From Campylobacteraceae bacterium (GTDB lineage: Bacteria > Campylobacterota > Campylobacteria > Campylobacterales > Campylobacteraceae), in the NCBI GenBank assembly GCA_031284315.1, contig JAITAB010000058.1, forward strand, positions 11,800 to 75,799: a stretch of DNA of 64,000 nucleotides. Reading direction: 5' to 3'. A model generated the notes under the pieces. That model worked only from the letters and a program-made list of their open reading frames with translations, did not search any database and had not been told where the DNA came from. Positions 28,718 to 39,448 of this stretch are shown here, in pieces (the stretch's first letter is position 1; the number at the start of each line of letters is the position of its first letter). Made by a program: the position numbers and the translations under genes.

Positions 28718-30838
28718 TTAAGCCGTCTGCTCCATCTCTTTTGCTTTAAGCTCATACTCTCTGACCAACTCTTCATCGCATATCGGGCAGTATTCATGTT
28801 CGCCCGCCAAATAGCCATGTTTTTCGCAAATAGAAAAAACGGGCGTTATCGTAATATACGGGAGTTTGTAATTTGTTATGACGCTTTTTACAAGTTTTCT
28901 GCATGCCTCAACCGAACTTATGCGCTCCCGCATGTAAAGGTGCAAAACCGTTCCGCCCGTATAGAGGCACTGCAATTCGTCCTGCCGTTCAAGCGCTTCA
29001 AACAAATCATCTGTAAAATTGGCGGGGAGCTGTGAAGAGTTAGTGTAGTAGATATTTTCCCCATCGCCTGCTTGTATGATATCGGGGTAGCGTTTTTTAT
29101 CCTCTTTTGCAAAGCGGTAAGTCGTACCTTCGGCGGGAGTTGCTTCAATATTGTAAAGATTGCCGCTCTCTTCTTGATAACTCGTCATCTTTCCTCTTAT
29201 GAAGTTTAATATCTCCATAGCCATCTCTTCGCCTCTTTTATCCGCGATGCCGTATTCGCCGTCTGTAAAATTCAAAACCATCTCATTTATGCCGTTTACG
29301 CCGATAGTTGAAAAGTGGTTGTTAAATCCTTTCAAATATCTTTTTGTGTAAGGATAGAGACCCCTATCATACATTTCCTGAACAAATACGCGCTTTTTTT
29401 CAAGCGTTGATTTTGCCATGTCAAGTAGTTTTTCAAGTTCTGCGTAAAGTTTTTGCTTGTCGCCCTTGTAAAGATACCCGAGCCGCGCCATATTTATCGT
29501 TACAACGCCGATGCTTCCCGTCATCTCCGCGCTTCCGAAAAGTCCGCCGCCGCGTTTCAAAAGTTCCCTCAAATCAAGCTGTAAACGGCAGCACATGCTT
29601 CTTACATGCCCGGGTTTATACGCTTTGTCATTAGGAATAAGATTGCCGTTTTCGTCCCTTACATACTGGCTTCCTATGAAATTTTGAAAATAGCTTGAGC
29701 CGATTTTTGCCGTATTTTCAAATAAAATATCCGTATTTTCGCCGTACCAGTCAAAATCTTCCGTGATATTCACAGTCGGTATCGGGAAAGTGAACGGCTG
29801 AGAATTTTTGTCGCCTTCTGTCATGACTTCGTAATAGGCGCGGTTTATTAGATTCATTTCCGTCTGAAAATGTTTGTATGTCAAATCTTCAAGGTTTTGA
29901 ACGCCGCGTTCACGCGCCTTTGCTATCAGCTCTTTGTCCGTTGTGTTTTTGAAAAAATGCAAATCGTTTGATGTCGGATATTGGTCTTTCAAATCCTGCG
30001 GCACAACCCAATCTATCGTGATATTGGTAAAAGGACTCTGCCCCCAGCGTGCTGGAACATTTAAGTTATAAACAAAACTTCGTATCGCTTTTTTGATAGA
30101 TGCGAATGTTAAATTATCCTTAAAAACATACGGCGCAAGATATGTGTCAAATGAGCTGAACGCCTGCGCGCCCGCCCACTCTGCCTGCAAAATACCCAAA
30201 AAATTCGCCATCTGCCCCAAAGCTTCCCTGAAATGTTTCGGCGCCCTGCTCTCCACGCGACCTCGCACGCCATTAAAGCCTTCATTTAAAAGATTTCTCA
30301 AGCTCCATCCCGCGCAGTAAGCCGTCAAACAATCCAAATCATGTATGTGATAATCGCCGTTTCTATGCGCCAGCCCCTCTTCTTTTGAGTAAATTTTGTC
30401 AAGCCAATAATTAGCTATAACCTTGCCTGCGGTATTGTTTATAAGTCCCGCGTTTGAGTATCCCGTGTTGGAGTTGGCTTTAATGCGCCAATCCTCACCG
30501 CTGATATATTCTTCTATAGTTTGTGTAGAATTTATGTAAGTTGTATCATCATTAAGCCCAAAAATATGCTCGCGCTGCATTTTGTGTGTATGGCGGTATA
30601 TCATGAAAGAGCGCATCACATCAAAATAACGCGCGCGGTAAAGCTCCTGCTCTATCATATCCTGAATATCTTCAACCGCCGCAACTCTTTTGTTTTGCAG
30701 CCGCGCCATAAGGTTCAAAAATACGCTATGGTCATAAGTTACATTTTCGCTTTTGAAGGCTTTTCGTATCGCGTCTTCTATCTTGTAGGGTAAAAATTCC
30801 TGCGTAGTTCCATTGCGTTTAAGTATTGTCGTAAGCAT
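28718..30838 (-). CDS. nrdD: Anaerobic ribonucleoside-triphosphate reductase large chain, lacking its glycyl-radical tail
   Basis: N-terminal ATP-cone (ILKRNGTTQEF..IEDAI). NrdD core motifs (RSMCCRLQLD, GGLFG, YTGGTVLHLY). Ends in the Zn-ribbon-like ICEKHG..YCPICDEE, then a stop. Confidence 0.92.
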   Translation of the reverse strand: MLTTILKRNGTTQEFLPYKIEDAIRKAFKSENVTYDHSVFLNLMARLQNKRVAAVEDIQDMIEQELYRARYFDVMRSFMIYRHTHKMQREHIFGLNDDTTYINSTQTIEEYISGEDWRIKANSNTGYSNAGLINNTAGKVIANYWLDKIYSKEEGLAHRNGDYHIHDLDCLTAYCAGWSLRNLLNEGFNGVRGRVESRAPKHFREALGQMANFLGILQAEWAGAQAFSSFDTYLAPYVFKDNLTFASIKKAIRSFVYNLNVPARWGQSPFTNITIDWVVPQDLKDQYPTSNDLHFFKNTTDKELIAKARERGVQNLEDLTYKHFQTEMNLINRAYYEVMTEGDKNSQPFTFPIPTVNITEDFDWYGENTDILFENTAKIGSSYFQNFIGSQYVRDENGNLIPNDKAYKPGHVRSMCCRLQLDLRELLKRGGGLFGSAEMTGSIGVVTINMARLGYLYKGDKQKLYAELEKLLDMAKSTLEKKRVFVQEMYDRGLYPYTKRYLKGFNNHFSTIGVNGINEMVLNFTDGEYGIADKRGEEMAMEILNFIRGKMTSYQEESGNLYNIEATPAEGTTYRFAKEDKKRYPDIIQAGDGENIYYTNSSQLPANFTDDLFEALERQDELQCLYTGGTVLHLYMRERISSVEACRKLVKSVITNYKLPYITITPVFSICEKHGYLAGEHEYCPICDEELVREYELKAKEMEQTA

Positions 30839-30949
30839 AAAATACCCTTTGTAAAGAAGTCCGAAAATTATACTATATAAAGAATTAAAATCGCGCTAAA
30901 AAATAGTGAAAATATTTGAAATTTTATTTGACCGTTTCCAAAAAACGCA

Positions 30950-32530
30950 TCATGCGCGGTTTAATATCTCGCGTATCAGCAGCTGCGGCGTTACAAGCCC
31001 TCTAAAATTATTCCTTGAAACGCTGAAAAGTATGTCTATCGTGTCGCCGCTTTTAATCTCTTGCTGAAAGTTATAATACAATGCTTCCGCCGTTTTTTCG
31101 CCGCACTGCAAAATGAATTTTTTATGGCGTCCGTCTCTGCCGATGGATTTGTCTATTTTAACTTTTGCGCCGCGCATGATAAATGTCGGCTTCGGATTTT
31201 TCTGCCCATAAGGTTCGAACTCTTCCAAAATTTCCAGCAATTCAAAATCTATCGCTTCAGGCTCTATCTCGCCGAGGCTTTCATCATGTAAAACAATCTC
31301 ATGCAAGCGCAGTTTTCTTGCGTTTTCATTTATGCGTTTTTTTAAAAGTTCCAGATTTTCCCGCAAAAGCAGTAAGCCTGCCGCTCCGAAATGCCCGCCG
31401 AAACCAAGTAAAATATCTGAATGAGCGGCAATCAATGAGAGTATATCCACGCCCGCAACGGAGCGCGCGCTTCCTTTGGCATTGTCGCCTTTTAGCGAAA
31501 AAACAATTGAAGGTTTTCTGAATTTTTTCGCTAATCTTGACGCGACTATACCTATAACGCCCTCATGCCACGCTTCGCCCCACACGACTATAACGGCGTC
31601 ATTTTCATCTACAGACTTTAAAGAGGCTTCAAAAAGCGTCCTCTCTTCCTCTTTTCTGCGCTCATTTATTCCTATTATCTCCTCAAGTCTTGCAAGCGCC
31701 TCTTTTTTGGATTTGGAGCGCAAAAAACCATACGAAAAGAGAGCGTCTTCCATGCGTCCTGAACTGTTTAAAAGCGGCGAGATTAAAAAAGAGATATCAT
31801 CGCTGTCAAAACGCTCTTTTCTAAAAATTTCACGGATTGCCATGAAAGCAGGACGCGTGGAATCATTTAAAAGTTTGAGTCCGCGCTTTACCATGGTGCG
31901 GTTTATATCCTTCAAATCCATCATGTCAGCCATAATGGCAATGGACAAAATATCCAAAAATTTTATTAAATCATACTCATATTTACACACATCTTTTATA
32001 GCCGCGGCTAAATACCATGCAATCTGTGCGCCGCATATTTCGCTGTTTGGGAAAGAGCATTCATGCTGTTTTGGATTTATCACGGCGTATGCGTTTGGAA
32101 GTACGGGCGGAGGCGTATGGTGATCGGTAATGATGAGATCCATGCCGTTTTTGGCGCAAAGTTCAGCTGCGGCGAGGGCGGAAATGCCATTATCTACCGT
32201 GATAACCACATCAGCTTTTATGCGCTCAACAATGGAAGGATTTAGCCCGTATCCGTCTGAAAAACGGTTTGGTATCTCTATATCGTAATCTATGCCGAAA
32301 TCATCAAAAAATTCTGCCAAAACCACCAATGCAACCACTCCATCTACATCATAATCGCCCACTATAACGATTTTTTCTCTCTTCTCTATCGCCTCTTTTA
32401 TGCGCAGAGCGGCTTTTTGCATATCCTTAAACATGAACGGTGAAGGAATAAGCGAAAGTTTTGTGTGGCAGTCGTCCTTGAAGCGTTTTTGCAGTATCTC
32501 TCTGATTGCCTCTTTTGTAAGTTTATTCAT
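30950..32530 (-). CDS. recJ: Single-stranded-DNA-specific exonuclease RecJ
   Basis: DHH motifs (IVGDYDVDGV, TVDNG, ITDHH) and DHHA1 (GGHFGAAG). Confidence 0.93.
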   Translation of the reverse strand: MNKLTKEAIREILQKRFKDDCHTKLSLIPSPFMFKDMQKAALRIKEAIEKREKIVIVGDYDVDGVVALVVLAEFFDDFGIDYDIEIPNRFSDGYGLNPSIVERIKADVVITVDNGISALAAAELCAKNGMDLIITDHHTPPPVLPNAYAVINPKQHECSFPNSEICGAQIAWYLAAAIKDVCKYEYDLIKFLDILSIAIMADMMDLKDINRTMVKRGLKLLNDSTRPAFMAIREIFRKERFDSDDISFLISPLLNSSGRMEDALFSYGFLRSKSKKEALARLEEIIGINERRKEEERTLFEASLKSVDENDAVIVVWGEAWHEGVIGIVASRLAKKFRKPSIVFSLKGDNAKGSARSVAGVDILSLIAAHSDILLGFGGHFGAAGLLLLRENLELLKKRINENARKLRLHEIVLHDESLGEIEPEAIDFELLEILEEFEPYGQKNPKPTFIMRGAKVKIDKSIGRDGRHKKFILQCGEKTAEALYYNFQQEIKSGDTIDILFSVSRNNFRGLVTPQLLIREILNRA

Positions 32531-32653
32531 GCCGCAATCTTTACATGCAGAGATTTTTCGCGGTAAAAATATGGATTTTTCTTAATTTTCCCAAAAATTG
32601 GCGCAAAACTTTTGTTTTTTGTTCTATAAAAATTCCTGTCCGCGCGGTAAATT

Positions 32654-34330
<1,677 letters not shown>

Positions 34331-34403
34331 CTAAAATTATTATGTTATAAAGTTTTCACTTTTTGGCTATAATTGCTTTTATTATTATGTTGGAGGAATA
34401 ACT

Positions 34404-36344
34404 ATGCAAATAAAATTATCGCATTTGCTATCGGCATTTGTCACAACAAGCGCGGTATTAAGCGCAAACGAGGATATGCAGCTTCCCATAAAAAAAGTAT
34501 CGCTTTTTTCTTCGGGTATAGGTTACTTTGAACGCGGCGGCGAAGTTGATGGTTCTGCGAATTTGACGCTGCCGTTTGAAATCACGGCGATAGACGACGC
34601 CCTGAAATCGCTTATCATACATGACCCCGCGACTAACGCGCCTTTGGTCAGTTACGCGTCTGAGGATTTGCAAAAGATGCTATCCGAGCTTAAAATTAAC
34701 TTGTCGGGCAATCCGAGCGTTGCGCAGATACTCCACTCTCTCAAAGGCGCGGAATTGGAGATATACGCGCCAAATAAAATTGTCGGCAAAATCATCGGCA
34801 CGCAGGTCAATAGAGAGAAAAATTATGACGAATTATCACTTTTTGTGAACGGCAATATACAGGTCGTATCGCTGAGCAATGTAACCTCGTACAGATTTAC
34901 GGACGAGAAAATATCGCATGATTTGGCGCGCGCTTTGGATATTATGCTAAACTCCAAGCAGAGCGTCAAAAATATCAATGTCTATCTGCCCTCTTCCAAA
35001 AAACGCCCTGTTTTTGTCAGTTACACTATACCTACGCCCGTTTGGAAAGCGACTTACAGGCTTGATTTGTCTGCCAAACAACCGTTTTTGCAAGGCTGGG
35101 CGATAGTGGATAATGCGGGCGATACGGATTGGAAAGGCGTGGAACTTTCGCTCGTAGTGGGACGCCCCGTATCTTTTACACAACCTTTATACATGCCGTA
35201 TTTTTTACAACGCCCGTCTCTACCATTGTCAATAGAAGGATTTGCCGAAGCAAAAAGCTATGAAAGCGGTTATGAAGTATCAAATAAACAACTATTGCGA
35301 AAATCAGTATCGTCCGCTCCGACAATGGCAATGGCAGATATGATTTATGCGGAAGAGTCTGATTACGATGTTCCGCAATCCAAAAACGCGGGAGAGCAGT
35401 TCATATTTACGCTTAAAAATCCTGTTACCTTGGAACGCAGGCAAAGCGCGATGATACCGTTCGCGCAAGGCGGTTTAAAGGTGCGAAAAGTATCTATCTT
35501 TACACATATTCCGCAAAGTTCAAGCGTAAATCCCGCACTCGGCGCAGAGATTGTGAACACTCTGGGGATTAAACTTCCCTCAGGCGTCATAACCGTATAT
35601 GACGGCGGCACATTTGCAGGCGATGCCCTTATGGATTTTTTGGCAGAGGGCGCGAAACGGCTTATCTCTTATGGGGACGATTTGGCGGTAAAAGGCACAG
35701 TTTCGCAATCTTCAAAAACGCAGTTTGACAGCGTCAAAATCTCAAAAGGCGTCATGACGATAATGGAAAAAACGATTTATGAAAAAATTTACGCACTAAA
35801 AAACAGCGATAAAACGGATAAAAATATTATTTTAGAGCATCCGTTTACAGCCGGCGCAAATTTGGTAACGCCTGCCAAATATGCTGAAAAAACAAGCTCG
35901 GCTTATCGATTTGATTTCGTTTTGCCTGCAAACAAAGAGTTGATATACAGTGTCAAAGAGGATAAATTAAACAGACAGACGATTGGCATATTGAGTATGG
36001 ATTACACAACTTTGGCGCTATTTTCTACCAATAAGGATTTTCCTACCAATGTAAAAAATGCTCTTCAAGAGGCAGTGCGCCTTACAAACGCCGTTAAAGC
36101 CGAAGAAAATAAACTAAGCAGTGCGCGGAGTGCGCTTGTGGAAAACGCTAACGAACAGGAAAGAATCCGCAAAAACATAACGGTTGTGGGCAATGATTCG
36201 CCGCAGGGTCAAGAGTATATCAAAAAATTAAGCACGATAGACGGCGAAATAGAGCAGCAATATAAAAATATAGAGAACATTCAAAAAAGCCTGCAAAAAG
36301 CGCAAGAGGCGTTTGAGAATTATATAGCAGGTTTGAATGTATAA
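34404..36344 (+). CDS. DUF4139 / TIGR02231-like secreted protein with C-terminal coiled coil
   Basis: Signal peptide. PVWKATYRLDL.., GWAIVDNAGDTDWKGVELSLVVGRPVSF resembles the DUF4139 core (recognised by eye). The C-terminal ~100 aa is heptad-like. Confidence 0.65.
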   Translation: MQIKLSHLLSAFVTTSAVLSANEDMQLPIKKVSLFSSGIGYFERGGEVDGSANLTLPFEITAIDDALKSLIIHDPATNAPLVSYASEDLQKMLSELKINLSGNPSVAQILHSLKGAELEIYAPNKIVGKIIGTQVNREKNYDELSLFVNGNIQVVSLSNVTSYRFTDEKISHDLARALDIMLNSKQSVKNINVYLPSSKKRPVFVSYTIPTPVWKATYRLDLSAKQPFLQGWAIVDNAGDTDWKGVELSLVVGRPVSFTQPLYMPYFLQRPSLPLSIEGFAEAKSYESGYEVSNKQLLRKSVSSAPTMAMADMIYAEESDYDVPQSKNAGEQFIFTLKNPVTLERRQSAMIPFAQGGLKVRKVSIFTHIPQSSSVNPALGAEIVNTLGIKLPSGVITVYDGGTFAGDALMDFLAEGAKRLISYGDDLAVKGTVSQSSKTQFDSVKISKGVMTIMEKTIYEKIYALKNSDKTDKNIILEHPFTAGANLVTPAKYAEKTSSAYRFDFVLPANKELIYSVKEDKLNRQTIGILSMDYTTLALFSTNKDFPTNVKNALQEAVRLTNAVKAEENKLSSARSALVENANEQERIRKNITVVGNDSPQGQEYIKKLSTIDGEIEQQYKNIENIQKSLQKAQEAFENYIAGLNV

Positions 36345-36513
36345 ATAGTGTGTAATAATGCGATAAAAATTGCAATTTGGCATGTGGGTCTGCGCTATTG
36401 CGTTTTTTAAAAGCTCTTTGTATGAAAAAATGTAAAAAGCTAAATTGCAGACATCGCTTTAAAGCCGCATTTTCGCGCTCAAAACCGTTTATATCATAAT
36501 TTTGCGGGAGGTT

Positions 36514-37707
36514 TTATTTCTTGTCTTTGTTTATGATTTTCTCATGCCACTCTAAAAGCGTTTTTTCAAAGCCTATGCCTGAACTTTTGTAAAAATCAAG
36601 CTCTATTTGCGTATATTTTTGCTTTACCCAGCCGCCGAAATCATGCGGATACAAATAGCCTTTATTTAGCGGACTTTTCAAATGTTCAGGTACTTCAAGC
36701 GCTTTGTTTTCGCTGACATATTTTTGCGCTTTGCCGATAGCGGCATAGGAGCTGTTTGACTTGGGACTTGAAGCGAGATATACGACGCATTGCGCAAGTA
36801 TGATGCGCGCTTCGGGATAGCCTATTTTGCCGACTAACAGCAGTGTGTTAGCGGCAACGCCAAGCGCGTTTGGATTTGCGTTGCCTATATCTTCACTTGA
36901 TAAAATCGCCAATCTTCGCGCGATAAAATCAGGGCTTTCGCCGCCGTCTATCAATCTTGCCAGATAATACAAAGCGGCGTTTATATCGCTGCCTCTGATG
37001 CTTTTTATCATGGCGGATATGAGATTGTAGTGCGTATTGTCGCTGCTAACGCCGTCTTTTAGAGCATGCGGACGGAGATTTTTCAACAACTCCAAATCAA
37101 CATTATCGCTCACATGCAGAGCGTATTCCAAAAGATTCAGAAGCGACCTGCTGTCGCCCGCGCTTGAACTTATCAGATATGATTTCGCCTCTTCACTTAT
37201 GGTAAATGTCAGTTTTTTTTGAACGCGCTTTAAAATCTCTTCCAAATCCTCAAACTCAAGCTGCTTAAATTCAAACAGCATGGCACGCGAACGAATGCCT
37301 GCTGTAAGCGAAAAATAGGGGTTTTCGGTAGAAGCGCCGATGATAATTGCGCTTGCGTTTTCCATAGGTATCAAAAGCACTTCCTGCTGCGTTTTTGAGA
37401 GCCTGTGAACCTCGTCTATAAAGATAATGGGTTTTGCAAGCGTATTTTGATACTGCGCAAAGATTTTGCGAAACTCTTCTACTTTCAAACTTGTGGCGTC
37501 AAGCTCATAAAACGGGCTTTCCAGCGTATTTGCCACGACTCTTGCCATTGTGGTTTTGCCCGTACCCGGAGGTCCGAAAAACATGGAATGGGGCATTTTG
37601 CCGCTCTTTAAAAGCTTGCAAAACGGCGCGTCCGGGCTTGTCAAATGCTTTTGTCCGCATATATCTTCTATATTTTTTGGTCTGAAAGATATAGCGAGAT
37701 TTTCCAT
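36514..37707 (-). CDS. rarA: Replication-associated recombination protein A (AAA+ ATPase)
   Basis: Walker A GPPGTGKTT, Walker B IFIDEVHR, a sensor region, and the C-terminal MgsA domain (DINAALYYLARL..GE). Confidence 0.92.
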   Translation of the reverse strand: MENLAISFRPKNIEDICGQKHLTSPDAPFCKLLKSGKMPHSMFFGPPGTGKTTMARVVANTLESPFYELDATSLKVEEFRKIFAQYQNTLAKPIIFIDEVHRLSKTQQEVLLIPMENASAIIIGASTENPYFSLTAGIRSRAMLFEFKQLEFEDLEEILKRVQKKLTFTISEEAKSYLISSSAGDSRSLLNLLEYALHVSDNVDLELLKNLRPHALKDGVSSDNTHYNLISAMIKSIRGSDINAALYYLARLIDGGESPDFIARRLAILSSEDIGNANPNALGVAANTLLLVGKIGYPEARIILAQCVVYLASSPKSNSSYAAIGKAQKYVSENKALEVPEHLKSPLNKGYLYPHDFGGWVKQKYTQIELDFYKSSGIGFEKTLLEWHEKIINKDKK

Positions 37708-38483
37708 TAGTAATAGACCTTATTCTCTTTCAAAAAGTCGCGGAGTTTGTCGTATTCAGAGTTTGTCAAAAAGCGATGTTTGCCGCTTTTTAGCGTCCCC
37801 AAATCCATAATGCCGTAACTTACGCGCTTCAAATCAACCACTTCTGCGTCAAAATGGGCAAAAAACCGCCTAAGTTCCCTGTTTTTCCCTTCATTTATCA
37901 TGACTTTGAGTTTTGTATATCCTCCGCTGCTTCCGAATATCTGATATGACAAAAACGGCGCAAAACTCATGCTTTTTATCTTGCTGTGCGAATGCGCGCC
38001 TTTGGATGCGTCGTTTAGTTCAAGCCCGTTTTGCATGGCTTCTATCATGGGATTGCCGACAGTTCCTTTTATCTTTATATAATAGACCCTTTCAAGGTCG
38101 CTGTTCATCAAAGCCGATGCGACAGGAGCGGCGTCTGTCAATAAAAGCAGTCCTTCGCTTGCAAAATCAAGCCTTCCTACGCTTGTAAAATGCGCAAATT
38201 TTTTAGGCAGCGTATCGTAAATAGTCTTTCTGCCTCTATCGTCTTTTTTGCTTACAAGTTCGCCTTTTGGCTTATTGTAAATGATGACGGTAAACTGCTC
38301 TTTTTTAAATACTCTGCTGTTATTTACCTCAATTGTATCCTCATAACTCACTTTGGTGGACAAATCTGTCTGCGTCCTACCGTTCAGCCTCACCCTGCCC
38401 TGTTTTATCAATTCGTCGGCTTCGCGGCGCGAATATTTGGTATTGTGCGAAATAAATTTATTCAAGCGCATAAGTTCCATCAA
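37707..38483 (-). CDS. Pseudouridine synthase, RsuA/RluB/RluE family, with N-terminal S4 domain
   Basis: MRLNKFIS...SRREADELIKQGRVRLNG (S4 domain) and the catalytic motif VGRLDFASEGLLLLT. Confidence 0.9.
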   Translation of the reverse strand: MMELMRLNKFISHNTKYSRREADELIKQGRVRLNGRTQTDLSTKVSYEDTIEVNNSRVFKKEQFTVIIYNKPKGELVSKKDDRGRKTIYDTLPKKFAHFTSVGRLDFASEGLLLLTDAAPVASALMNSDLERVYYIKIKGTVGNPMIEAMQNGLELNDASKGAHSHSKIKSMSFAPFLSYQIFGSSGGYTKLKVMINEGKNRELRRFFAHFDAEVVDLKRVSYGIMDLGTLKSGKHRFLTNSEYDKLRDFLKENKVYY

Positions 38484-39439
38484 GATATCCCCGCTTCTAT
38501 CAAGTCATGAATATGCAAAACGCCTATCGGCATATTTTTTTTATCCACAATGACCAAAAGTTGTATTTTATGCTGTTCCAAAAACACCAAAGCGTCGCTT
38601 GCAAGCATATCTTTGTCATTTATCGTTTTGGGGTTTTTCGTAGCGTAATCAATAGCTTTGGCATCTATGGAAAAATTCTCTCTGCCAAGAGCGCGGCGCA
38701 AATCTCCATCGCTTAAAATCGCCGAGATAGAGCCTTTGTCATCTGTCAAAATCACGCTTCCTATCATGCCGTGCGTCATTTTATCTATCGCGCTTTTAAG
38801 GCTTGCTTCATCGCGCACTATAGGCAATTTTGTCCTCATGATGTCGCTTATTTTAACAAACAGCCGCCTGCCCAGAGTTCCTCCCGGGTGAAAAGAGGCA
38901 AAATCTTTTTTTGTGAAATTTCTCTTTTTCATAAGGCAGACCGCCAGAGCGTCTCCGAGTGCGAGCGTTAGAGTCGTGGAGCTTGTCGGCGCGGCTTCCA
39001 ATGGACATGCCTCTTTTCTTACCGATATGGATAAAAATATATCGCTGCTGCGCCCCAAAGAGCTTGTTTTGGAGCGGGCAAGCCCGATGAGAGGAATATT
39101 GAAGCGTTTGATATGCGGAATTATTTTTATCAGCTCATCGCTCTCGCCGCTGTAGCTTATCGCCAATACGCCGTCATTTTTGCTTATCATGCCAAGATCG
39201 CCGTGCATGGCTTCGGTCGGGTGCAGGAAAAAACTGCTCGTACCCGTGCTTGAAAGAGTCGCGGCTATTTTTGCGCCGATAAGTCCGCTTTTGCCCACGC
39301 CCGTTACTATCAATTTGCCTTTGAGTCCGTAGATACTCTCCACAGCGGCGTTTATCTCGTCGCTCAAACTGCTTCGCGCATTCAATATCTCGCCCGCTTC
39401 AATCTCCATGACCTCTTGCGCTATTTTCTTAAAATCCAT
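38480..39439 (-). CDS. kdsD: Arabinose-5-phosphate isomerase (KdsD/KpsF family: SIS domain plus two CBS domains)
   Basis: VTGVGKSGLIG.KIAATLSSTG, SYSGES, and a C-terminal CBS pair. Confidence 0.88.
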   Translation of the reverse strand: MDFKKIAQEVMEIEAGEILNARSSLSDEINAAVESIYGLKGKLIVTGVGKSGLIGAKIAATLSSTGTSSFFLHPTEAMHGDLGMISKNDGVLAISYSGESDELIKIIPHIKRFNIPLIGLARSKTSSLGRSSDIFLSISVRKEACPLEAAPTSSTTLTLALGDALAVCLMKKRNFTKKDFASFHPGGTLGRRLFVKISDIMRTKLPIVRDEASLKSAIDKMTHGMIGSVILTDDKGSISAILSDGDLRRALGRENFSIDAKAIDYATKNPKTINDKDMLASDALVFLEQHKIQLLVIVDKKNMPIGVLHIHDLIEAGIS

Positions 39440-39448
39440 CTGTTTTCC

